Source: Gemmatimonadaceae bacterium (GTDB taxonomy: Bacteria > Gemmatimonadota > Gemmatimonadetes > Gemmatimonadales > Gemmatimonadaceae). Taken from it: a stretch of 26,573 nt of DNA. The stretch lies in the NCBI GenBank assembly GCA_040901985.1, contig JBBDYC010000001.1, forward strand, positions 119,618-146,190, written 5' to 3'. The notes beneath the pieces were generated by a model. The model made no database searches. It saw only the letters and a list, made by a program, of their open reading frames with translations, and had not been told where the DNA came from. The translations under genes and the position numbers were made by a program. Positions 6,022 to 16,300 of the stretch are shown here, in pieces. Each line of letters opens with the position of its first letter. The first letter of the stretch is position 1.

Positions 6022-8544
6022 ATGCCGCTCCCCGCCAATCCCCCCACCTCGCTGGTCACGCTCTCGGCGAACGCCCGCACCGTTCTCGAGAAGCGCTACC
6101 TGGTCAAGGACAAGACCGGCAAGCCCGTCGAGACGCCGGAGGACATGTTCTGGCGCGTGGCGACAACGGTGGCCGAGGCCGAGCGGCGCTACGGCGCGAC
6201 CGACAAGCAGGTGGAGAAGGTGGCGAATCAGTTCTATGAACTGATGACGCAGCGGCGGTTTGAGCCGAACTCGCCGACCCTGATGAACGCCGGCCGTCCG
6301 TTGGGCCAGCTCTCGGCCTGCTTCGTGCTGCCGGTGGACGACGCGCTCTCCAACGGGAGCAGCGGCATCTACGACACGTTGCGGTCAATGGCGCTGATCC
6401 ATCAGAGCGGCGGCGGGACCGGCTTCTCGTTCTCGCGTCTCCGGCCACGCGGCTCGATGGTGCGCTCCACCACCGGCGTGGCGAGCGGCCCGGTCTCGTT
6501 CATGCAGCTCTATGACGCGTCCACCGATGCGGTGAAGCAGGGCGGCACGCGGCGCGGCGCCAATATGGGGATCCTCCGGGTGGATCACCCCGACGTGATG
6601 GAGTTCATCACGTGCAAGGAGGACCTGACCAAGATCACGAACTTCAACATCTCGGTGGCCATCACCACCCGGTATATGGAGGCGCTGAAGGCCGACGGCA
6701 GCTACGAGCTCGTGGACCCGGTGACGAGGAAGGTCACCGGCACGCTCCGCGCGCGCGAGGTGTGGGACAAGATGATTGAGGGTGCGTGGCGGACCGGCGA
6801 GCCCGGCGTCTTCTTCATTGACGAGGCCAATCGCTACAACCCGGTGCCGCACCTCGGCGCCTACGAGGCCACCAACCCGTGCGGCGAGCAGCCGCTGCTC
6901 GCCTACGACGTCTGCAACCTTGGCTCGATCAATGTCGGCTTCTACGTGCGCGACGGGAAGATGGATTGGAAGTCCTTCGCCAAGGACATCCATCTCTCGA
7001 CGCGGATGCTCGACGACATCATTGACGCGAACAAGTACCCGTTGCCCGAGATTGACGCGCTGTCCAAGCGGATCCGTCGCATCGGGCTCGGCGTGATGGG
7101 CTTTGCCGACGCGCTGATCCGGCTCGGGATCAAGTACGACTCGCCGGAGGGCGTGGCGTTCGGCAAGCAGGTGATGGAGTTCGTGGACGTCGAGGCCAAG
7201 AAGGAGTCGGAGCGACTGGCCGACGAGCGCGGCGCCTTCCCCGAGTGGGCGCAGAGCATTTTTGGCCCTGACGCCACGTGCGCGCGCGACGAGAACGGCG
7301 AGCGCATCCGGCCGATGCAGAAGCTCCGCAACTGCAACGTGACCACCGTCGCGCCGACCGGGACGATCTCGATCATCGCCGGCTGCTCGTCGGGGCTCGA
7401 GCCGCTCTTTGCCGTCGCCTTCATGCGCAACCAGGCCGGCGTGCTGATGCCCGACGTGAACGAGGATTTCGTCGCCATCGCCAAGCGGGAGGGGTGGTAC
7501 AGTGACGCGCTGATGGAGACGATCGCCAAGACCGGGACCGTGGTGCACCCCGACGTGCCGGCCAAGTGGCAGGACGTGTTTGCCACCGCGAATCTCATCA
7601 CGCCCGAGTGGCACATCCGGATGCAGGCCGCGTTCCAGGAGCACTGCGACTCGGCGATCAGCAAGACGACCAACTTCTCGCACACCGCCACCAAGGACGA
7701 TGTCCGCGCGATCTACGAGCTCGCCTACGAGATGAAGTGCAAGGGCGTGACCGTCTATCGCGACGGCTCGCGCGACGCGCAGGTGCTCTCGACCGGCGCG
7801 ACGGCGGACGCCGCGGCCAAGCGCGTCAGCTCGTCCGGCAAGGAAGAGCCGGGGCTCAAGCGCGAGCTCGCCGAGCTGCACGGCCAACTGGCCGAGGCGG
7901 CGTCGGAGAACGATCGGCTGAAGCGGCTCCTGTTCGACTCGGAGGCCGAGAACCTCCAACGGCGGCAGAAGCGCGCGCGTCCGGACGTCCTGCGCTCGAC
8001 CGCGATCCGCAAGGAGACGCCGCTCGGGACGATGTTCGTGCACATCACCGAGGACGACCGGCAGCAGCCGTTCGAGGTGTTCATCAACCTTGGGAAGGCC
8101 GGCGGAAGCGCGATGGCCGACGCCGAGGCGATCGGGCGGCTGGTCTCGCTGGCGCTCCGGTCGGGGATCTCGATCCAGCAGGTGCACCGCCAGTTGCGCG
8201 GGATCTCGTCGGACCGCGCGGTCGGGCTGGGGCCGAACAAGGTCCTCTCGGTGCCGGATGCGATCGGGCTCGCGCTCGAGGATTGGATGCGGACCAAGCA
8301 GGGCGTGCAGCAGGAGTTGCTCACGACGGCGGAGACGCTGGCGGCGCCCGGGGTGGTGCCGGGTGCGCCGGTGCCGGTCGTTCAGCAGCTGCCAGTGGCG
8401 TCAGCTGGTGGTGCGCAGATGGCGTTCGAGGCGATCAGCGGTGGGGATGCGTTCATTGGGACGTGTCCGGATTGCGGATCGCAGTTGGAGTTTGCTGAGG
8501 GGTGTGTGAAGTGTCACGTGTGCGGGTATAGTGAGTGCGGGTGA
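6022..8544 (+). CDS. nrdJ: Adenosylcobalamin-dependent (class II) ribonucleotide reductase with TSCPD-like domain and C-terminal Zn ribbon
   Basis: PNSPTLMNAG, QLSACFV, GGGTG, QGGTRRGANM, TNPCGEQPL, CNLGSIN, RRIGLGVMG, APTGTISII, KGVTVYRDGSR, PFEVF and CPDCG…EGCVKCHVCGYSECG motifs. No ATP-cone. ATG 6022 has an RBS. Confidence 0.96.
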   Translation: MPLPANPPTSLVTLSANARTVLEKRYLVKDKTGKPVETPEDMFWRVATTVAEAERRYGATDKQVEKVANQFYELMTQRRFEPNSPTLMNAGRPLGQLSACFVLPVDDALSNGSSGIYDTLRSMALIHQSGGGTGFSFSRLRPRGSMVRSTTGVASGPVSFMQLYDASTDAVKQGGTRRGANMGILRVDHPDVMEFITCKEDLTKITNFNISVAITTRYMEALKADGSYELVDPVTRKVTGTLRAREVWDKMIEGAWRTGEPGVFFIDEANRYNPVPHLGAYEATNPCGEQPLLAYDVCNLGSINVGFYVRDGKMDWKSFAKDIHLSTRMLDDIIDANKYPLPEIDALSKRIRRIGLGVMGFADALIRLGIKYDSPEGVAFGKQVMEFVDVEAKKESERLADERGAFPEWAQSIFGPDATCARDENGERIRPMQKLRNCNVTTVAPTGTISIIAGCSSGLEPLFAVAFMRNQAGVLMPDVNEDFVAIAKREGWYSDALMETIAKTGTVVHPDVPAKWQDVFATANLITPEWHIRMQAAFQEHCDSAISKTTNFSHTATKDDVRAIYELAYEMKCKGVTVYRDGSRDAQVLSTGATADAAAKRVSSSGKEEPGLKRELAELHGQLAEAASENDRLKRLLFDSEAENLQRRQKRARPDVLRSTAIRKETPLGTMFVHITEDDRQQPFEVFINLGKAGGSAMADAEAIGRLVSLALRSGISIQQVHRQLRGISSDRAVGLGPNKVLSVPDAIGLALEDWMRTKQGVQQELLTTAETLAAPGVVPGAPVPVVQQLPVASAGGAQMAFEAISGGDAFIGTCPDCGSQLEFAEGCVKCHVCGYSECG

Positions 8545-9001
8545 GCTGAGCTCGAGACGCGGCCGCGTCTCCGCCGTCCGCAGCCGCATCATGTCGGCCA
8601 TCCGCGGCAAGGACACCAAACCAGAAATGCTCGTCCGCCGCGCCATACACGCCGCCGGCCTTCGCTATCGCCTGCATCGCCGTGATCTGCCCGGCAGCCC
8701 CGACATTGTAATCACGCGCCTCCGGACGGTTGTCTTCGTCCACGGCTGCTTCTGGCATCATCACGATTGCCGCGACTTCAAATGGCCAAAGACCCGCGCC
8801 GCCTTCTGGCGTGCGAAGATTGACGCCAACGTTGCGCGGGACCGGCGGACGCGGTACTTCCTGAAGGCGGCCGGATGGACTGTCCATACCATCTGGGAAT
8901 GCGAGCTGGCCGACGGTCGCACCCTGCCGAAGCTCGTGCGAACACTTATCGGCCGCCGCGCGCCAAGCACTCGATTGGGGCATCGGGCGCGGGCATCCTG
9001 A
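8531..9001 (+). CDS. vsr: Very-short-patch repair (T:G mismatch) endonuclease
   Basis: RSRIMSAIRGKDTKPE, LPGSPDIV, FVHGCFWHHH, FWRAKI…NVARD and GWTVHTIWEC motifs. Start codon uncertain. Confidence 0.92.
   Translation: MSAGELSSRRGRVSAVRSRIMSAIRGKDTKPEMLVRRAIHAAGLRYRLHRRDLPGSPDIVITRLRTVVFVHGCFWHHHDCRDFKWPKTRAAFWRAKIDANVARDRRTRYFLKAAGWTVHTIWECELADGRTLPKLVRTLIGRRAPSTRLGHRARAS
8554..8571. repeat. Perfect 18-bp palindrome GAGACGCGGCCGCGTCTC
   Basis: Read directly. It lies 9 nt after the nrdJ stop. Confidence 0.9.
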
Positions 9002-9086
9002 GCCGTCGCCCCGCGGCCCGTGACAAGCCGCGCGCCTCGCCGGGTATTGCGGTATGCCGTTGTTGGGCCCACCCCTTGCCCATCCC

Positions 9087-9878
9087 ATGCGCCTCGCCCC
9101 TCTCTCGGAACTGACCCTGCCCGGCTTCCACGTGCTGCGCGGCGCACACGCGGGCGGCACGCTCCTGCCCCGCCATACCCACGACGACGCCTCCCTCTGC
9201 TACGTCTTTGAGGGTCGCTTCACGGAGCACTCGGCCGGGGTCACCTACGACTGCGGTGCCGACACGCTCAAGCTCACCGTCGCCGGCGAGGCGCACGCCA
9301 ACCGCTTCATCGCCGCCGAGTCGCACGGCCTGCGCGTGGACATCCACCGGGCGCACTTCGCCGACTCCGAGGCCATTGGCCAACTCCTCGGCCAGCGGCT
9401 CTTCCTCCAGCGGGCCGGCGTCCGCGGCCTGATGGCGCGCATCCGCGCCGAGATGGACCGGGCCGATGACGTGAGCCCACTCGTCGTCGAAAGTCTCCTC
9501 CTCGAACTCCTCGCCCGACTCGCCCGCGAGCAGCTGACGCTGAGCGGCACCCTCCCCGACTGGCTGCGCCGTGCGCGCGAGATGGTCGAGTCGCTCTATA
9601 CGACGCGCCTCACGCTGGAGGGCGTGGCGCGCGAGGTCGGCGTGTCGGATACCGCGCTGGCGCGCGCCTGGCGCCGCGAGTTCCGCACGAGCGTCGGCGA
9701 GCGGGTCCGCGCCCTCCGTGTGGAGCGCGCGGCGCACGAGCTGCAGAGCACCGAGGAGCCACTCTCGGACATCGCCGCGCGCTGCGGCTTCTACGACCAG
9801 AGCCATTTCACCAACGTCTTCCGCCGACACGTCGGCCTGAGCCCGGCGCGCTATCGCGCCCGCTCGCGCGGGCGCTGA
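9087..9878 (+). CDS. AraC-family transcriptional regulator with cupin-type sensor domain
   Basis: LPRHTHD…EAHAN cupin histidines. C-terminal LEGVAREVG…LSDIAARCGFYDQSHFTNVFRRHVGLSPARYR. Start is 9087 or 9054. Confidence 0.92.
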   Translation: MRLAPLSELTLPGFHVLRGAHAGGTLLPRHTHDDASLCYVFEGRFTEHSAGVTYDCGADTLKLTVAGEAHANRFIAAESHGLRVDIHRAHFADSEAIGQLLGQRLFLQRAGVRGLMARIRAEMDRADDVSPLVVESLLLELLARLAREQLTLSGTLPDWLRRAREMVESLYTTRLTLEGVAREVGVSDTALARAWRREFRTSVGERVRALRVERAAHELQSTEEPLSDIAARCGFYDQSHFTNVFRRHVGLSPARYRARSRGR

Positions 9879-9888
9879 CCCACGCTCG

Positions 9889-10278
9889 CTACGGCGAGAC
9901 GACCTGGACCGATCCGGTCATCTCGGAATGAATCGTACAGTTGTAGCCAAAAGTGCCGATGTTCGGGAAGCTTCGCACGTATTGCCCACCATTGGCCAGC
10001 GCGTTGCTCACGCCGGAGAAGGTGACGTTGTGGTCTACGCCGGTGCCGTTGGACCAGGTGACCGTTCCGCCCGCGATCACGGCGACGCCCGACGGGGAGA
10101 AGGAGAACCCGCCTTCGCCGTACACGCCGCCTCCCGCCTGTGCGGTGACGCTCGCCGTCGCTCCCGCCGGCGCCGACGGACCGGTCGGCGCCTGGTAGTA
10201 GTCCGGCTGGTCGCTCGAGCAGGAGGCAAGTGCCAGCGCAAAGGCGATGACGCCGCTCGATCGGATTGGTACTCGCAT
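9889..10278 (-). CDS. Plastocyanin/cupredoxin-family lipoprotein
   Basis: Lipobox LASC. Type-1 copper ligands HNVTF and YNCTIHSEMTG. Confidence 0.88.
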   Translation of the reverse strand: MRVPIRSSGVIAFALALASCSSDQPDYYQAPTGPSAPAGATASVTAQAGGGVYGEGGFSFSPSGVAVIAGGTVTWSNGTGVDHNVTFSGVSNALANGGQYVRSFPNIGTFGYNCTIHSEMTGSVQVVSP

Positions 10279-10314
10279 ACTTGAAAGCTGACGCGGAGGC
10301 GGCGGCCCGTCTTG

Positions 10315-10342
10315 GACGCCTCACATCGCCTTGGATGTGACC
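10315..10342 (-). promoter_or_regulatory. Inverted repeat TCACATC-N6-GATGTGA, overlapping an ECF-sigma-like GGTCACA-N17-CGTC motif upstream of the cupredoxin gene
   Basis: Palindrome at 10321-10340 read directly. The promoter interpretation is an inference. Confidence 0.4.
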
Positions 10343-10346
10343 GCGA

Positions 10347-13300
10347 TCAGTTCGCCGCCTTCGGCGCGATCCGCACGGTGTGGCGCGCGCCGTCATCGCT
10401 GAGCGGAATGGCGCCATCGTCGCGCGGCTGGCCGTCGAGCGTCACCGCGGCGCCGCGCGCGCGCAGGAGCCCGGGCCGCTCGACGACGATCTCGTACATC
10501 GCGCTCCCGAAGCGATATTTCACCCGCAACTCGGGCCACGACTCGGGTACGCAGGGCTCGATCCGCAGGGCGTCTCCCTCCTTCCGGAATCCGACGATGT
10601 CCTCGAGGCCGACGCGGTAGGTCCAGCTCGCCGACCCGGTGTACCAGGTCCATCCGCCGCGGCCGAGCGCTCCCTCGGCGGTATAGACGTCGGCCGCCAC
10701 GACGTAGGGCTCCACCCGGTAGGTCGCGATCTTCTCGGCCGTGTCGCCGTGCGTGAAGGGGTTGAGCATCTGGAACCAGTCGAAGGCGCGGTCGCCCTCG
10801 CCTCGCCGCGCCGCCGCCTGCACGGCCCAGAGCGCGGCGTGCGTGTATTGGGCACCGTTCTCGCGCACGCCGGGCACGTAGCCCTTGATGTACCCGGGGT
10901 CGCGGTCGGTCTCGTCGAAGGGCGGCGTGAGCAGGCGGATCAGCCGCGCTGCGGGGTCCACGAGGTGCTCGGCGAGCGCGTCCATCGCGCGCGCCTGCCG
11001 CGCCGGGTCGTTGCCGCCGGCGAGCACGCTCCAGCTCTGGGCGATGGCGTCAATGCGGCACTCGCGGTCCGCCGCCGACCCGAGTGGCGTGCCGTCGTCG
11101 TAGAAGGCGCGGCGGTACCAGGCGCCGTCCCACCCGTCGGACTCCACGGCGCCGGCGTAGCCGTCGGCTCGCGTGCGGAAATCGGCCGCAACGTCTCCGT
11201 CGCCGCGCGCGTCGCAGATCCGGGCGAACGACCGGAGCGTTGCGATCAGGAACCAAGCCAGCCAGACGCTCTCGCCGCGCCCCGCCGCGCCGACGCGATT
11301 CATCCCGTCGTTCCAGTCGCCGGTGCCGATGAGCGGCAGGCCGTGTGCACCGCGCGTGCACGCCTTGAGCAGCGCCCTGACGCCGTGCGTGTACACGCTC
11401 GCCGACTCGGCGCTCACCTCCGGCCGGTCGTACGCCTCGTGCTCCTCGGGTTGCAGCGCGCGCATCGTGAGGAAGGGCACGGTCTCGTCGAGCACCGTCG
11501 AGTCGCCGGTCACGCGCACGTAGTGCTCCACGACGAACGGCAGCCAGGCGAGATCGTCGGAGAAGCGCGTGCGCACGCCGCGGCCGGTTTCGGGGTGCCA
11601 CCAGTGCTGCACATCCCCCTCGGGGAACTGCCGCGCCGCGGCCCGCAGGATGTGCGCGCGCGCCATTGACGGATTGGCGTAGACGAACGCCATCGCGTCC
11701 TGCAGCTGGTCGCGGAACCCGTAGGCGCCGCTGCTCTGGTAGACCGCCGAACGCGCGAACATCCGACAGGCCCACGCCTGGTAGAGTGACCAGCGATTCA
11801 CGATCGCGTCGAAGGCCGGCTCCGGCGTCTGGACGGTGACCGTGCCCAGGCGCTCCTCCCACTGGGCGAGCGACCCGGCGAGCGCCGCCTCCGCCGCCGC
11901 GACGTCCCGGTACGTGTCCACGAGGCGGAGCGCCTCGGCCTCGCTCGGCGCGGCGCCGAGGAGGATCACGACCGTCCGCGCCTCGCCCGGAACAAGGGCG
12001 ATCTTGCGGCGAAGGCCCGCGCAGGGGTCCACGCCGAGGCCGGTGCGGCCGAGCAGTTCGGGGCGGTGCAACGCCGTCGGCTGCTCCGGCGTCCCGTTGC
12101 GGCCGATGAAATCGCGCCGGTCGCCGGTGTGCGAACTCACCGGGCCGCTCATCGCCGAAAAGGCCGTCCACGCCGCGAACTGGGGCTCGAACGGATTCTC
12201 GGCGAGGATCGCGCTGCGGTCGGGGTCGAACGCGGTGCCGACCCGATGCTGTGTCTGCTCGCGCAACGTGCCGAGCGTCCAGGCGACGTACGACGTCAGG
12301 GTGAGCGTCCGGGGGCGGTCGCTTCGGTTTGTGATGCGGAGGATTGCGAGCTTCACGGGGTCGTCGCCGGCCATTCCGAGCGAGAGCGTGGTGGCGATGC
12401 CGGTGCGCTCGTGTCGGAACTCGGTGAGGCCCGGGCCGTGCTCGACCACGTAGGGCAGGTCGCTCCGCACGGGTGCGGGGGTCGGGCTCCAGTACTCCCC
12501 GGTCGCCTCGTCCCGGAGGTAAAGCGCCTCGCCGACGGGATCGCTGACCGGGTCGTTGGACCAGGGCGAGAGGCGGAAGAAGTAGCTGCTTCCCGCCCAG
12601 GTGAAGCCGGCGCCGCGCTCGGTGACCACGAATCCGCCGCGCGCGTTGGCGATGACGTTGGCCCAGGGCGCCGGCGGGATCGCGTCGCCGCGCAGATGGA
12701 TGCGGTAGCGCCCGTCCGCGGTGAGCCCACCGATCCCGTTGTCGAACGCGAGCGGCTCGCGCGCGACCGCCTCGCGCGCGACCGCCTCGCGCGCGACCGG
12801 GGCAGCGGATGCCTCGGTCCGGTCAACGCTCGCCTTCGCCGGCACCGCCGCCGCCGCGGTCGCTGCCTCGCGATCACTCGGCGCGTCGAGCGTGCGCCCG
12901 AGGGTGTCCACGACCCGCGCCAGCGAGCGGCCGTCGCAGTCAATCCGGAGCCGGGCGACCGCGGTGATCGTATCAACGTCGGCCGGGCCCAGCGTGCCCC
13001 GGTTGCGCACGTGGACGCCGCCGGCGGCATTCATCACCGCCGACCCGCCGGTGGCGAGGATCAGCGCGACGATCCGGTTCTCCAGCTCCTGAAGGTAGCC
13101 CTGCGGCTCGTTCACCACGACAATCAGATCCACCGTCACGTCGCGCAGCCGCCAGTAGCGATGCGCGGTGAGGAGGGACTGGAGGGTGGGGAGGCCATCG
13201 GTGGACTCGATCAGGGCGAGCATCACCGGCATGTCGCCGGAGATGCCGTGCGTCCAGAGTGTCTGCTGCCAGCCGTCGTCGCGCGCGCGTGTGGTGCGCG

Positions 13301-16300
13301 GGGCCCGAAGGACGCTGTCAGGGAACAGGAGATACGCCACGAGGTCCTGGCACGCCGCAGCCTCCGCCGCCGAAATGCCCAGTTCACGCAGCTCGATCTG
13401 CGTGGAGGTCCAGGCGAGGTCGAGGGCGCGCTGCGCGGCGTGGGCGCCGTGGTAGCGGTCGGCGAGGACGAACGCGCGCTCGCGCGAGGTGGCGACCAAC
13501 GTGGTGAAGGTGACCGACGCCGAGCGGCCCGGCGGCAGGCGCACGCGCGTGCGGAGCGCGACGATCGGGTCGAGCACCGCGCCGGTCGTCCCGGAGAGCG
13601 TGGCGCCCGGTTCGAGCGCGGCCGGGGCGCGGGTCGAGCGGCCGCGGCCGATGAATCGCGCGCGATCGGTCTCGAAGCTCACGTCGCCCACGCGATCGCG
13701 ACCGGTATCCAGCACGTGCACCATCCAGAGCGGCTTCTCGTCCGCTGACCGCGGTCGCCGGGTGGCGGTGATGGCGTGGCACCAGTTGTGCCACTCGGTC
13801 TCGACAAACAGATTGCTGAAGGCCGGATGCACGCGGTCGGCCGCGCGCGGCGCAAGCACGATTTCGCCGTAGCTCGTGAGTTCGACCTCGCGGACGGTGC
13901 CGCCGTTGTTGGTGACCGTGATCCGCTCGATCCGCGCCGCATCCTCGGGCACGACCGCGATCTCGGTGACCGTCTCGATCTCGCCGTCGCGGCGGCGCAG
14001 CGTCACGCGGTCGGTCGCCAGGTGCGCGTGGTAGGTGTCGGCGATCGTGCCGGTGGGCTGGTGGCCCGACGACCAGACGTGCCCGCGCGTGATGTCGGCG
14101 ACGTAGCAGTAGAGCCCGGTGTCGTCGCTCGTGCCGTCGGGGCGCCAGCGCGTGACCGCGAGGTTCTCGTAGCGGCAATAGCCGCTGCCGGCGTGCGTGA
14201 CCATCGCGGTGAGCGGCGCGTGCCCGAGGAGCGCCACGTGCGGCCGCTGGCTCTGCGCGGTGGCGTACTCACGGACGACCGGGCGCGTCAATACCGTTGA
14301 TGGTGCCGCCTCATCGTCGTAGGTGTGCTGCGGCGGTTCGAACTCGAGGTGCCGCGGCACGCGTTCGTCGAGGAGCAGTGCTGCGGCGCGGACCCGGGAA
14401 TCGGCGTGGAACCGCTCTGGCCAGCGGCGATGGAGCAGCGCGTTGGTCAGCGCCACCAGCGTCATCCCGACGTGGTGCGACATATGGCAGCGCACCAGCG
14501 TGAAGGGGTGGCCGTCGGGCGGCCGCGAGTAGTCGAGCGCGTCGTAGAACCCGTAGGTGCCGAGCGCGCCGAGCGCCTCCAGCGTGCGCAGGTTGGCAAT
14601 CGCCGGTTCCGGGTCCACCATCACCGCGAGCGCCGAGGCGTACGGCGCGACGACGTGGTCGCGGCCGGCGCCGCGCTGCAGCGCAAGATCGGGCACGCCG
14701 AAGGCGCGATACTGGTAGGTGAGATGGCGGTCGCGGACATTGTACGCGCTCTCGCTCACGCCCCACGGCGCGCCCTGCTCCGCGCCGAAATGCATCTGGC
14801 GGCCGACCGCGGCCTCGTAGGTCTCGCCGAGCAGCGTGCCGGGGATGGCGCGCATCACGAGAATCGGCATCAGGTACTCGAACATCGAGCCGCTCCACGA
14901 GACGAGCGCCGCCGATCCGCGCGCCCACGTGAGCGTGCGCCCGAGGTGGAACCAGTGTTCCACCGGCACGTCGCCCGTGGCGATGGCCACGAAGCTGGCG
15001 AGCCGCGACTCCGAGGCCAGCAGGTCGTACGACGACCGATCGTACCGGTGGGTGTCGGTGTTGAAGCCAATCGCAAAGAGCTTGGTGCTGGGGTCGTAGA
15101 GGAAGCCAAAGTCCGTCTCCTGCACCCAGCGGTCGGCCTGCTCAGCGAGCGCGCGGAGCCGCGGCGCCAGTGCCTGCTGTTCGGGGAGCACCTGCCAGGC
15201 GAGTTCGTCGCAGGCCTGCGCCAGCGCAATCAGGTGCCCGGCGAAGTTGCCGCTGTCCACGGTGGAGACGTAGGCCGGCGCGAGGACGCGCAGGTCGGGG
15301 AGCGCGTACCAGTTGTAGAGATGGCCGCGATGGCGCGGCAGGCGCTCGATCGAGGCAAAGGCCTGTTCGAGGCGCCCGACCATCTCCTCGAGCGGAAGGA
15401 AGCCGAGGTCGTGCGCGCTGATGGTCGAGAGGAGCTGCAGCCCGATGTTCGTCGGCGACGTCCGGAGCGCGACCACCTCGGCCGGGTCGTGCTGCACATT
15501 GTCGGGGGCGAGCCAGGCCGTCTCGGCCGTCACATAGCGCGCAAAGAACTCCCAGTGCGCGCGCGCGTAGCGACGAGCCACCTCGCGCGCCGCCGCGGAG
15601 ATTGGCGCGACCACCCGCACCACGGGCTTCCCCAGCGCGTGCGCGATGAACGGGGCGGCGATCCAGAGTGCGGTCAGCGTGGCCAGCGGCGCGAGGAGGG
15701 CCACCCCCCGGTCATCGGCGAGGCCGATGATTGCGCCGCCAATGCCAAGCGGGATCGCGACCGCTGGCCACATCGCCCGCCAGTTGCGCGACAGCGCCCC
15801 CGAGACCGACGCCTCGGTGAGCGCGGCCGACTGCCACTCCAGCATTCGCCGGCGGGTGACCGCGAGGCGCCAGAGGGTCCGGATGATCGCGTCGGTCGAG
15901 AGCCAGGCCTGGTGGGGGAGGAAGACGAGCGAGAGCGCGACCTGTTGCGCGCTCGTGATCGCGTCCCGGAAAAGCGCGGCATAGTAGGCACCGACGGACA
16001 CGTCGCTCGCCGGCCGGAAGAGCGCCAGGCCGAGGGAGATGATCCAGGGCGCCGCCACGTTGAGGAGCGCGAGGGCCGTCCACCGCAGCGGCGACCCGGC
16101 CAGCACCGTCCAGCCGGCAATCAGGAAGGCGAACTGCGCGATCTCCACCGTGCTGCGCCGCAGGTTGTCGAGGATCTTCCAGCGGCTGAGGCCAGAGAGC
16201 CGATTGCGCTCGCGGCCCTCGAGGCCCGGCACCGTGGCGCGCAGCCAGCCCAGCAACTGCCAGTCCCCGCGGATCCACCGATGCTTGCGGCGCGAGTAGG

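Noticed and set aside
6022..8544. Intein or intron in nrdJ
   Set aside because: Catalytic motifs are contiguous, the length is normal and there are no splicing motifs.
8542..8571. Selenocysteine/readthrough at the nrdJ TGA followed by a hairpin
   Set aside because: CGYSxC(G)-stop is the usual NrdJ ending, the readthrough frame is not protein-like and the palindrome has no SECIS-like loop.
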